Assembly (NCBI GenBank): GCA_964525635.1
Contig: CAZGJX010000095.1
Span: forward strand, 1 to 15,901
DNA: 15,901 bases
Origin: an uncultured archaeon
Lineage (GTDB): Archaea; Asgardarchaeota; Lokiarchaeia; Sigyniarchaeales; SOKP01
Direction of reading: 5' to 3'
Shown here: piece by piece, positions 1 to 7,143 of the stretch
Layout of the letters: each line of letters opens with the position of its first letter
Numbering within the stretch: the first letter of the stretch is position 1
Program-made: the position numbers and the translations under genes
Notes under the pieces: generated by a model
Told to the model about the DNA's origin: nothing
Database searches by the model: none
Seen by the model: the letters and a program-made list of their open reading frames with translations, nothing else

Positions 1-95
1 TGATTTCTTTCCATCCATTCCAGATTATCATATTCATCTGCGTTATTGTTTAAATAATCATATGGAAATATTGGTGGTTTTTTTTTTCGTGGCAT
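1..95 (-). CDS. Partial CDS (N-terminus only, runs off the left edge); possible class I SAM methyltransferase, Bud23/WBSCR22-like
   Basis: Manual translation from ATG at 95-93 gives MPRKKKPPIFPYDYLNNNADEYDNLEWMERN(Q/H), with no stop before the edge. The P..Y....A..Y.......Q pattern resembles the Bud23 N-terminus as recalled. No SAM-binding motif is visible in the window. Divergent from the response regulator. Confidence 0.6.
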   Translation of the reverse strand, partial: MPRKKKPPIFPYDYLNNNADEYDNLEWMERN

Positions 96-217
96 AAGTA
101 TTACAATGTATAAATACAAGAAATATTAATAAAGTTAAAGATTTATAAAGACAAGAATATAAGTAAATTATAATTAAAAAAAATAAAAGACTAAATTTTT
201 TAGAATTTAAAAAAAAC

Positions 218-613
218 ATGTCAAACAAAGAAACAATATTAGTAGTTGATGATGAACCCGACATACTCAACTTAACTGAGAAATTTTTAAAATTAGGGGA
301 TTTTAATACAATTACATGTAGTAATGGAAAAGAAGCTGTAAGAATTATAGAAGAAAAATATGGTGAAATTGCATTAATATTGCTTGATCTTATGATGCCA
401 GGAATGAGTGGGTTTGAGGTACTTCAACTCGTAAAAAATTCTGATAAACTCAACCATATTATTGTTGTACTTTTCACAGTTAAGAGTTTTAGTGAAGATA
501 TTCAAAAAGGAAAAAAATTAGGAGCAGATTATTATATAACTAAACCCTTTTCTGGTAAGGAACTTTTAAAAAAGATTCAAGAGATTTTAGAAGGAAAAAG
601 AGAACTTAATTAA
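218..613 (+). CDS. Single-domain response regulator (CheY-like receiver)
   Basis: ILVVDDE acidic pocket, LILLDLMMPGMSG with the phosphoacceptor Asp, conserved Thr (LFTVK), GADYYITKPF with the conserved Lys. No output domain. Confidence 0.95.
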   Translation: MSNKETILVVDDEPDILNLTEKFLKLGDFNTITCSNGKEAVRIIEEKYGEIALILLDLMMPGMSGFEVLQLVKNSDKLNHIIVVLFTVKSFSEDIQKGKKLGADYYITKPFSGKELLKKIQEILEGKRELN

Positions 614-758
614 TTTTATAATACTTTATAAGAATTTAACTCATTATATTAAAAACTCTATATAGTTAAAATTAAAAAAATTTTAAAATAAATATTATTT
701 ATTGTTTTAATTCCAGAAAGGATAAGTATCCAAAAAATAATATAATAATATAGTAATA

Positions 759-1079
759 TTATACTTTTTCTCCACAATCTGGACAATAAGCTATGTCATT
801 ATCATCAATACTTCGGCCACAATAAAAGCAATATTTAATTTCTTTACCACTTATTTCTATTAATGAAGAATCTATGGGGCTAGATGGATTAAAAGGAGCA
901 AAGAGTTCTGATCCACAATAAATACACTTTTTCTTGTGTTTAGCATGATGTATCCATATATAAATTGGAATACCCACTCCTCCAGTAAAGATAGCTAATG
1001 TGATTAAAATTCCAATATTCAAATTAGGTCTTTGAAACAAAACATTTTTTCCACAATTTTTACAATAATTAAGCTTCAT
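759..1079 (-). CDS. Membrane-associated zinc-ribbon protein (LITAF-like CxxC-hydrophobic-CxxC module plus C-terminal zinc ribbon)
   Basis: C6xxC9, hydrophobic segment at residues 22-43, C52xxC55, a Pro/Ser linker, then CFYC...CPDCG. Confidence 0.8.
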   Translation of the reverse strand: MKLNYCKNCGKNVLFQRPNLNIGILITLAIFTGGVGIPIYIWIHHAKHKKKCIYCGSELFAPFNPSSPIDSSLIEISGKEIKYCFYCGRSIDDNDIAYCPDCGEKV

Positions 1080-1206
1080 AATATTACCTCAAAATTATCT
1101 TATTAAATAATAGAAATAAAATAGTATATTAAAATGATCTTTAATCCAATTTTTATTCTTTTCTAATCCTTAAAATTATATATGGTTTTAATTTACATCA
1201 TAGATA

Positions 1207-1677
1207 TTATTTTTTCCAAAATCCAATTGGAACGCTAATAGCGATTATTATTCCTTGAGCGCATATAATTCCTTCTGAAAAAACTAAACAGGAAACAATT
1301 ATCTTATTCTTTGTTAATAAATCTATTTTTGCCTGGAGAGTTATTGGAGAGTCAAGTGAAATAGGTTTTATTAATTTTATTTGTAATTCACCAGTAACAT
1401 ACGGAAGAAATGGTTTGGTACCAAGATCACGATTTTCTGCTTTATATGCAGCAGCAATTGCTGTGTTAAGGCAATGACAATCAATCAAGGTTGCAATAAT
1501 ACCACCACATAATATACCTTTTCCAGCCATTAAATAATCTTTTGGAATCCAATTACAGATTGCCTCCTCACCTTCCCAATAGCTTTTTATTTGTAACCCC
1601 TCCTTATTATTTCTTCCACATCCAAAACAATAAGTTAGTTCTTCTGGCCAAAAATCTTGAAAAAAGTCTCGTGACAT
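1207..1677 (-). CDS. PaaI-family thioesterase (hot-dog fold)
   Basis: CFGCGxxNxxGL motif, GIL-CGGIIATLID hot-dog helix motif, VTGELQIKLIKP strand. Confidence 0.9.
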   Translation of the reverse strand: MSRDFFQDFWPEELTYCFGCGRNNKEGLQIKSYWEGEEAICNWIPKDYLMAGKGILCGGIIATLIDCHCLNTAIAAAYKAENRDLGTKPFLPYVTGELQIKLIKPISLDSPITLQAKIDLLTKNKIIVSCLVFSEGIICAQGIIIAISVPIGFWKK

Positions 1678-1798
1678 ATTTTTTTAAAATACGTTTGGAT
1701 TTTTTTTTAATGTTATTCATAGAGTAAAAATTATATTTTATCTAAACTTTTAGATTATATTCATTTTTAAATATAATTAAATTATAACAACTTCAGAA

Positions 1799-3232
1799 AT
1801 GAATGAAGGAAAGAGTATTAGATGTGAAGCAAAAGAAGCAGAGAAATTAGTTAATATGGAAGATTGGAAAAAAAGAGTACTTAGTAAATCATTAAAAGTT
1901 GCAGTTATAGGTATAGGACGTATTGGATTGCCAACATCACTTATGATTGCTAAAGCAGGTTATAAAACTTTTGGAATTGATATTAAACAAGATTATATAG
2001 ATAAAATTAATCAAGGGGGGGGAAATCCTCCTATTAAATTTATCTTAGATGAACCAGAACTTCCAAAAATTCTTAAAGAAGTTGTCTCAAATGGTAAATT
2101 TAAAGCAACAATTATTTTTAAAGAACCTATTTCATTAGCAGATATCATTATTATTTGTGTTCCTACTCCTATCACAAAACAAAAAGTTCCCGATTACACT
2201 ATTATAAATAAAGTCGTTGAAAATATAGCATCTTTAAAAGATATTATTCAGAATAAAATTATATTAATAGAATCAACAGTAGGTCCTCTATATGTGAAAA
2301 ATAAAGCAATTCCACTAATAGAGAATATATCTGGTTTAAAAATTAATAGAGATTTTTGGATTGTGTCATGCCCAGAAAGGGCAAATCCAGGGAATATAAT
2401 GAAAAATCTTATATCTATTCCAAGAATAGTAGGAGCTAGTAATGAATTTGCATGTGATATTGTAGCAAATTTCTATAAAAACATTTTTGGAGTAGAAATT
2501 ATAAAGGTGAGCAATCCTAGAACTGCAAATTCTGTTAAATTAATTGAAAATATCTTTCGGGTTGTAAATATAGCTTTTGCTAATGAGATTGCTCAATTAT
2601 CAAGATTGTTAGATATAGATTATATGGAAATTATAAAAGGAGCAAAATCTAAATATAATTTTTTACCTCATTTTCCAGGTCCTGGTGTGGGTGGTCCATG
2701 TCTACCTAGCAATCCCTATTATCTTATGGATGATGGATATCGTGTATCTTTCACTCCTAATTTAGTCCGTTCAGCAACTGAGATAAATCAAAGACAACCA
2801 TCTCATATTATTGAATTAATTTTTGAAGGATTAAATGAAATAGGAAAATCTATTTCTGGAACTCCAATTGCAATTTTAGGTATTGCATACAAACCAAATG
2901 TAAAAGATATTCAAATTTCTCCATCAATTCCAATTATAGAAGATTTAAAACAATTTAATGCTTCAATTACGATATATGATCCTTATTTTAAAGGTGAAAC
3001 CCTACTTGGAATTAATATAGAATCTGATTATACATTTCTTAAACATAATTATCCACTAATTATTATACTTACAGGACATGAAGAATTTAAATCTCAGGGA
3101 TTCAAAGACCTATTGAAAGAGTGTAATCAATTAAAATTATTAATTGATTGTCAAAATATATTTAAAATAATGGAATTACCAAAAAAGATATATTATATTG
3201 GAGTAGGGAGACCTTTAAAATTAATAGAATAA
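1799..3232 (+). CDS. Nucleotide-sugar dehydrogenase (UDP-N-acetylhexosamine dehydrogenase, WecC/WbpA-like)
   Basis: Rossmann VIGIGRIG, IICVPTP, IESTV, CPER..PG, KLIEN..R.VNIAFANE, PGPGVGGPC with the catalytic Cys, LGIAYKPN..D. Confidence 0.93.
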   Translation: MNEGKSIRCEAKEAEKLVNMEDWKKRVLSKSLKVAVIGIGRIGLPTSLMIAKAGYKTFGIDIKQDYIDKINQGGGNPPIKFILDEPELPKILKEVVSNGKFKATIIFKEPISLADIIIICVPTPITKQKVPDYTIINKVVENIASLKDIIQNKIILIESTVGPLYVKNKAIPLIENISGLKINRDFWIVSCPERANPGNIMKNLISIPRIVGASNEFACDIVANFYKNIFGVEIIKVSNPRTANSVKLIENIFRVVNIAFANEIAQLSRLLDIDYMEIIKGAKSKYNFLPHFPGPGVGGPCLPSNPYYLMDDGYRVSFTPNLVRSATEINQRQPSHIIELIFEGLNEIGKSISGTPIAILGIAYKPNVKDIQISPSIPIIEDLKQFNASITIYDPYFKGETLLGINIESDYTFLKHNYPLIIILTGHEEFKSQGFKDLLKECNQLKLLIDCQNIFKIMELPKKIYYIGVGRPLKLIE

Positions 3233-3364
3233 TATAAAAGGTCAAAGTTAGTTTAGATATAAGATTTTATTCCTTATCTTACTACTTTTAATTTCATATT
3301 GAAAATAACCAATCGATTTTTAAGATAAAACTTTATTTTTTATTTTTTTAATTATTTAATTTAT

Positions 3365-3428
3365 ATTCTCTAGTTCCTGCAGAACTTTAAGATTAGATCC
3401 TAACTTTTTTGATCAAATCTTTGAGAAT
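3365..3428. other. Predicted three-way-junction RNA/DNA structure immediately 3' of the candidate selenoprotein ORF (possible non-canonical SECIS or terminator)
   Basis: Closing stem ATTCTC(3365-70)/GAGAAT(3423-28). Hairpin AGTTC(3372-76)/GAACT(3382-86). Hairpin AAGATT-A-GATC(3389-99)/GATC-A-AATCTT(3411-21), whose loop reads AAAAAAGUUAG on the minus strand. Confidence 0.4.
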
Positions 3429-3435
3429 TTCTGTT

Positions 3436-3579
3436 TTAATTTTCTTCTATTTTTTTTTTGATTTTTTTTTGATGATTTTGTTTGATTTTTCTAATACTAT
3501 TTATAATACCATCAATTATTCCTCATCCAGTACAAAACTCATTTTTATGATTTTTTTTTTCTTTTTTAATATCATTCAT
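3436..3579 (-). CDS. Candidate 47-aa selenoprotein with a CxxU motif (in-frame TGA at 3525-3523)
   Basis: Manual translation: MNDIKKEKKNHKNEFCTG[TGA]GIIDGIINSIRKIKQNHQKKIKKKIEEN-TAA. The frame stays open for 28 codons after the TGA. An in-frame TAA at 3588-3586 fixes the ATG at 3579 as the start. Purine-rich, coding-like composition in an otherwise empty 524-bp gap. Confidence 0.5.
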
Positions 3580-3756
3580 TTTTCTTTATTTTAATAAATG
3601 TTATTTTTAACTTGAAGTAATAATTTAGATTTAAATAAATTATCATTATTTTTAATAAGAGAATTGTATAATTTTTTCTTGAATAAAAATTTTAAACATA
3701 TTTTTAAAATCTCAATTTATTTAAGAATATAAAAAAAAATTTTTAATGAAATAATA

Positions 3757-4458
3757 ATGATTTTTCAAAACGATTATTGGACATATATAGAAGATTTCTT
3801 TGAATTGGTTGCCCAATCTGGGGGAATTATGGTTATAATAAGCGGAATTATCGCTATTAGTTGGTTAGGTATCGATAGAAAAAGGAGAGGATCATTTTCA
3901 AAAAGAAAATTAGAACAAGAAGTAGAAAAACCAAAACAACGAATGTTAATATTACTAAAATTAATATCTTGGTCAGGTTTAGTTGTAGGAGTTTTATGTG
4001 TCTGGGCAGGTGCAATGGGTTTAATTTTAGATATACCTCCAAGTTTTAGATACGTGGAAGCAACAGAGGCACACGCAAATCAGTTTACATGTTTATATTT
4101 AATTATAATAGGAATTGCAATGTTCTTTAAACCAATAAAAGATCTTCCTTTATCTAGTTTATTTGGAATATTAGTTGGAGCAGTAGCAACCATCCTATTT
4201 GCTACACTCGTTCCTGATACAGTGTTAGCTGATTATATTTTAGGGAAATACTTTAAATATATTTGTATAGCTATTTTTATCATAGTAGCTTGTACTGTTG
4301 CGGTATTATTTAAATTTTATTTAAAAATCTTTGTGTTAATTTCCAAAGTTTTATCATTTCCACCTGTTGCTTTAGGGATTGCCATTTTTGCTTTAATACA
4401 AGGTATTTTTCTGTATGGATTTGGTTTGAGTGTACCAAATATAATTCAAAATCTATAA
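3757..4458 (+). CDS. Hypothetical integral membrane protein (~6 TM helices)
   Basis: 233-aa ORF with about six hydrophobic segments and a basic loop (DRKRRGSFSKRK) after TM1. Family not recognised. Confidence 0.85.
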   Translation: MIFQNDYWTYIEDFFELVAQSGGIMVIISGIIAISWLGIDRKRRGSFSKRKLEQEVEKPKQRMLILLKLISWSGLVVGVLCVWAGAMGLILDIPPSFRYVEATEAHANQFTCLYLIIIGIAMFFKPIKDLPLSSLFGILVGAVATILFATLVPDTVLADYILGKYFKYICIAIFIIVACTVAVLFKFYLKIFVLISKVLSFPPVALGIAIFALIQGIFLYGFGLSVPNIIQNL

Positions 4459-4668
4459 ATTATATTTTTATTTTTATCATCATTTTATTATTTTTAAATA
4501 TGTATAAAAGTAATTTAAATAACTCATTTATATAACTTATTGTTTGATTAATTCGATTTAATAATAATTGAGAATTCTACTTTATAATAATTGATTTTAT
4601 TTTAAAAGTATTTTTATATATTTTTATATTTTAAAAAATTTTAATAAGGAAACAAACAGGAATAAAAT

Positions 4669-5688
4669 ATGATAAAGACAAGAATAACTGAAATGTTTGG
4701 TATAAAATACCCGATAATAAGCGCTCCTATGGGTCCCTTTTATACAACAGAATTAGCAGTAGCAGTTTCAGAAGCAGGGGGATTGGGTGTTCTTAGTCAT
4801 ATAAACATGTTAGATCAGGATAATATTAAAGCAATAAAAGAGAGTGTTGATTATTTTATTGAGCACTCTGATAAACCATTTGGAATAAATATAAGAACTG
4901 CTAGGCTACAACTTGATTCTATTCCATTAGCTAAAAAATTAGTAAAATGGATAAATGAAAATCCTCGCATACAAGAACAATGTGTTTTTGGTATTACTTC
5001 AGCAGGGAGTCCAAGAAAAGTTTCCAAATTATGGAAAGATAGTTGTCCGACAATAAAACATTTTCATGTTGCACCTGCTCTTTATTTAGCACAAAAAGTA
5101 GTAGATTCTGGATGTGATGGATTAATAGTAACTGGCATTGAAGGGGGAGGTCATCAAAGTTATGAAGAAATAACAACATTAATACTTATTCAAGAAGTAG
5201 TAAATAAATTCCCGCAATTACCCCTTATAGCATCTGGAGGATTTGCATCACCAGAAGGACTATCAATGGCAATAGCAGGAGGAGCAGATGCTATCATTAT
5301 GGGTACTAGATTCATTGCTACAAAACAAAGTGAATTTCATGAAAATTATAAATCAGTGTTGTATCCTGCGACTGATAAAGATACCCTACTTACAACGGGA
5401 GCATTTGGCCCTATTAGATTATTAAAAAATAAATATTCAATAGAACATGGAAAAGCATTTTCAAAAGAAGAAAAAGTAGATTTTGAGTCATCCTTTGATG
5501 TAAAAATGATGCGTGAAAATTTAGAACCATATGAATATGTATATAGAGGTGATGTAGTGAATGGAGCAATTCTAGCTGGACAGGGAGTAGGCTTAATTGA
5601 TTCAGAAATAGATGTTGAAGATATTATAGTAAGTTTTACGAAAAAAACAGAAGAACTTCTAAAAATAGCATATTCTAAAATCAAATAG
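4669..5688 (+). CDS. Nitronate monooxygenase / FabK-like FMN-dependent oxidoreductase
   Basis: MIKTRITEMFGIKYPIISAPMG, LAVAVSEAGGLG, G.EGGGH with the catalytic His, IASGG, MGTRFIAT..S, AGQGVGLI. Confidence 0.92.
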   Translation: MIKTRITEMFGIKYPIISAPMGPFYTTELAVAVSEAGGLGVLSHINMLDQDNIKAIKESVDYFIEHSDKPFGINIRTARLQLDSIPLAKKLVKWINENPRIQEQCVFGITSAGSPRKVSKLWKDSCPTIKHFHVAPALYLAQKVVDSGCDGLIVTGIEGGGHQSYEEITTLILIQEVVNKFPQLPLIASGGFASPEGLSMAIAGGADAIIMGTRFIATKQSEFHENYKSVLYPATDKDTLLTTGAFGPIRLLKNKYSIEHGKAFSKEEKVDFESSFDVKMMRENLEPYEYVYRGDVVNGAILAGQGVGLIDSEIDVEDIIVSFTKKTEELLKIAYSKIK

Positions 5689-5827
5689 AATTTAAAACTT
5701 CATTATTTCCTTTTAGTTTTCTTTATTTTTAAAATAAGATTTAAAAAGATAAAAAAAATTAGGAGTTTATTCTAAAAGAATTTATGGGAAATACTATAAT
5801 ATCTTTTAACAGTCTTAATCATTAAAT

Positions 5828-6022
5828 TCATTTTTCTTGGTTTTTTTTTACAATAAAATAAAGAATAACTAAAGAAATCATATATATTACTAAGATTAGT
5901 CCCCAGAGAATTAGATCGGCTTGATTTTCTTCAATTATAGCCATAATAATTTTATAAATGAAAAAGATACTAACAAGTGCAAGTAATTGAATTCTTTGTA
6001 TTAGTTTGTTCAAAATAATCAT
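5828..6022 (-). CDS. Small two-TM membrane protein
   Basis: 64 aa with two hydrophobic stretches and a charged tail (KKNQEK). Does not overlap neighbours and is divergent from the 6108 gene. Confidence 0.6.
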   Translation of the reverse strand: MIILNKLIQRIQLLALVSIFFIYKIIMAIIEENQADLILWGLILVIYMISLVILYFIVKKNQEK

Positions 6023-6107
6023 AGTTTTTTATTAATATATAATAAAATATTAAATACAATTAAAACTATAATAAAGAATATTATTCAAAAAATCATATCA
6101 AATAAAA

Positions 6108-6317
6108 ATGAGTGATACTCCCCCACCATTTTGTTATGTTTGCAAAAAAGATTTTGTAAAAAAAGTAGGTAATCTCCATTATTGTATCTGTGATACAGCC
6201 CTTTGTGAAGAATGTCTTAATTCTGTGAAGACTGGTAATAAAGAATGGACATGTCCTAAATGTGGAGAGATTAATGATATAAAAGAAAGTAAGTTATTTA
6301 GAGAAAAGAAAGTATAA
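6108..6317 (+). CDS. Stand-alone 8-Cys binuclear zinc finger, C4C4 RING-like (FYVE/PHD fold not excluded)
   Basis: Cys at 9, 12, 26, 28, 33, 36, 49, 52, giving C-x2-C-x13-C-x-C-x4-C-x2-C-x12-C-x2-C. Confidence 0.85.
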   Translation: MSDTPPPFCYVCKKDFVKKVGNLHYCICDTALCEECLNSVKTGNKEWTCPKCGEINDIKESKLFREKKV

Positions 6318-6340
6318 AAATTTGGGAGATTCTAAAATTT

Positions 6341-6407
6341 ATTACCTATGATGAAAAATTATTTTACTTGATTTAAAAATGAAAAAATTGAGGAAGTCTG
6401 AGGTAAT
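6341..6407 (+). ncRNA. Box C/D guide sRNA candidate
   Basis: Terminal stem ATTACC(6341-46)/GGTAAT(6402-07). Perfect box C ATGATGA (6348-54). 13-nt spacer, D' TTGA (6368-71), C'-like ATGAAAA (6379-85), 12-nt guide, perfect box D CTGA (6398-6401). Confidence 0.75.
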
Positions 6408-6556
6408 TTATAATATTTTGAAAAATTAATTATTATATGGTAGATTTTAATCTGTATTATATTTCATTTAAAAGATTTTATAAATTGAAGATGAAATATT
6501 CTTAGTGTAAATAATTAAAACTTAAAAAAAATATATTTTATTATAAAACATATTAA

Positions 6557-6563
6557 AAGGTGA
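6557..6563 (+). promoter_or_regulatory. Shine-Dalgarno site
   Basis: AAGGTGA lies 4 nt and 7 nt upstream of the tandem TTG codons at 6568 and 6571, supporting a TTG start. Confidence 0.65.
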
Positions 6564-6567
6564 TGAT

Positions 6568-7059
6568 TTGTTGACAGATAAATTAATTTCCAAAGTCGTT
6601 GAGGTTGATTGTGATAAGGAAACTCTCCTGAGAGCGATATATAGCGCAAAAGTATGGGAAACCATTAGTCCCGTAAAGAAGATTAAAGTGAATTTTATTT
6701 CTCCTAATGTATTTCACAGTGATATTACAGACGAAATCGATATTATAAAGATACCCGTGAAAATGAGTGGGGAATTATTATTAGAAGATAAGGGAGAAAC
6801 TCCAGAAAAGGGAAGATTAATTGAGTTAAATGTAAGAAATAATGAAAATGTTAAAAAACTAGAAGCACGGTTAAGAATTAAATCATTAGATCCTAATAAA
6901 TCCAAAGTTGGTGTATTTGTCCATAGTTTCACCTTAGCAAGTGATTTCTTAAATATAATGGGAGATGCAAGTGAACTGGTTTTAAGAAGAAAATTATCTG
7001 AAATACTTCGAAATTTACAATCTTACTGTAAATCAAATGATATAAATAATTTGATATAA
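6568..7059 (+). CDS. Hypothetical protein, probable SRPBCC/CoxG/START-like helix-grip fold
   Basis: N-terminal strand-helix segment (VVEVDCDKETLLRAIYSAKVWETISP), a series of amphipathic strands, and a long C-terminal helix (SELVLRRKLSEILRNLQSYC). The fold call is inferred from this pattern. Start may be 6571. Confidence 0.7.
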   Translation: MLTDKLISKVVEVDCDKETLLRAIYSAKVWETISPVKKIKVNFISPNVFHSDITDEIDIIKIPVKMSGELLLEDKGETPEKGRLIELNVRNNENVKKLEARLRIKSLDPNKSKVGVFVHSFTLASDFLNIMGDASELVLRRKLSEILRNLQSYCKSNDINNLI

Positions 7060-7143
7060 GAGATTTAAAAGATATAATATAATTATAAAAAATTTATATA
7101 AAAAAATATTAATAATCAATGCAAGGATTAATGGAGAAAAAAT

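Noticed and set aside
58-270. 70-aa minus-strand ORF
   Set aside because: Overlaps the response regulator start and the better partial gene at 1-95. Low-complexity translation of an AT-rich spacer.
1542-1727. 61-aa plus-strand ORF
   Set aside because: Antisense to the thioesterase; no motifs.
3409-3594. 61-aa Phe-rich plus-strand ORF
   Set aside because: Poly-Phe from T-runs with a TTG start. It is the exact antisense register of the Lys-rich CxxU ORF.
3618-3646. AUGA-stem-AAA-stem on the minus strand upstream of the CxxU ORF as a 5' SECIS
   Set aside because: The 3' arm reads UUA rather than UGA, so no tandem G.A pairs form. It is a plain AT-rich inverted repeat.
3857-4042. 61-aa minus-strand ORF
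   Set aside because: Shadow ORF inside the 233-aa membrane protein gene.
4994-5684. Minus-strand ORFs 4994-5179 and 5346-5684
   Set aside because: Antisense shadows of the NMO/FabK gene.
6560-6574. GTGATGA...TTGA as a k-loop over the start codon of the 163-aa gene
   Set aside because: Explained by the SD sequence plus TTG codons, and there is no flanking stem.
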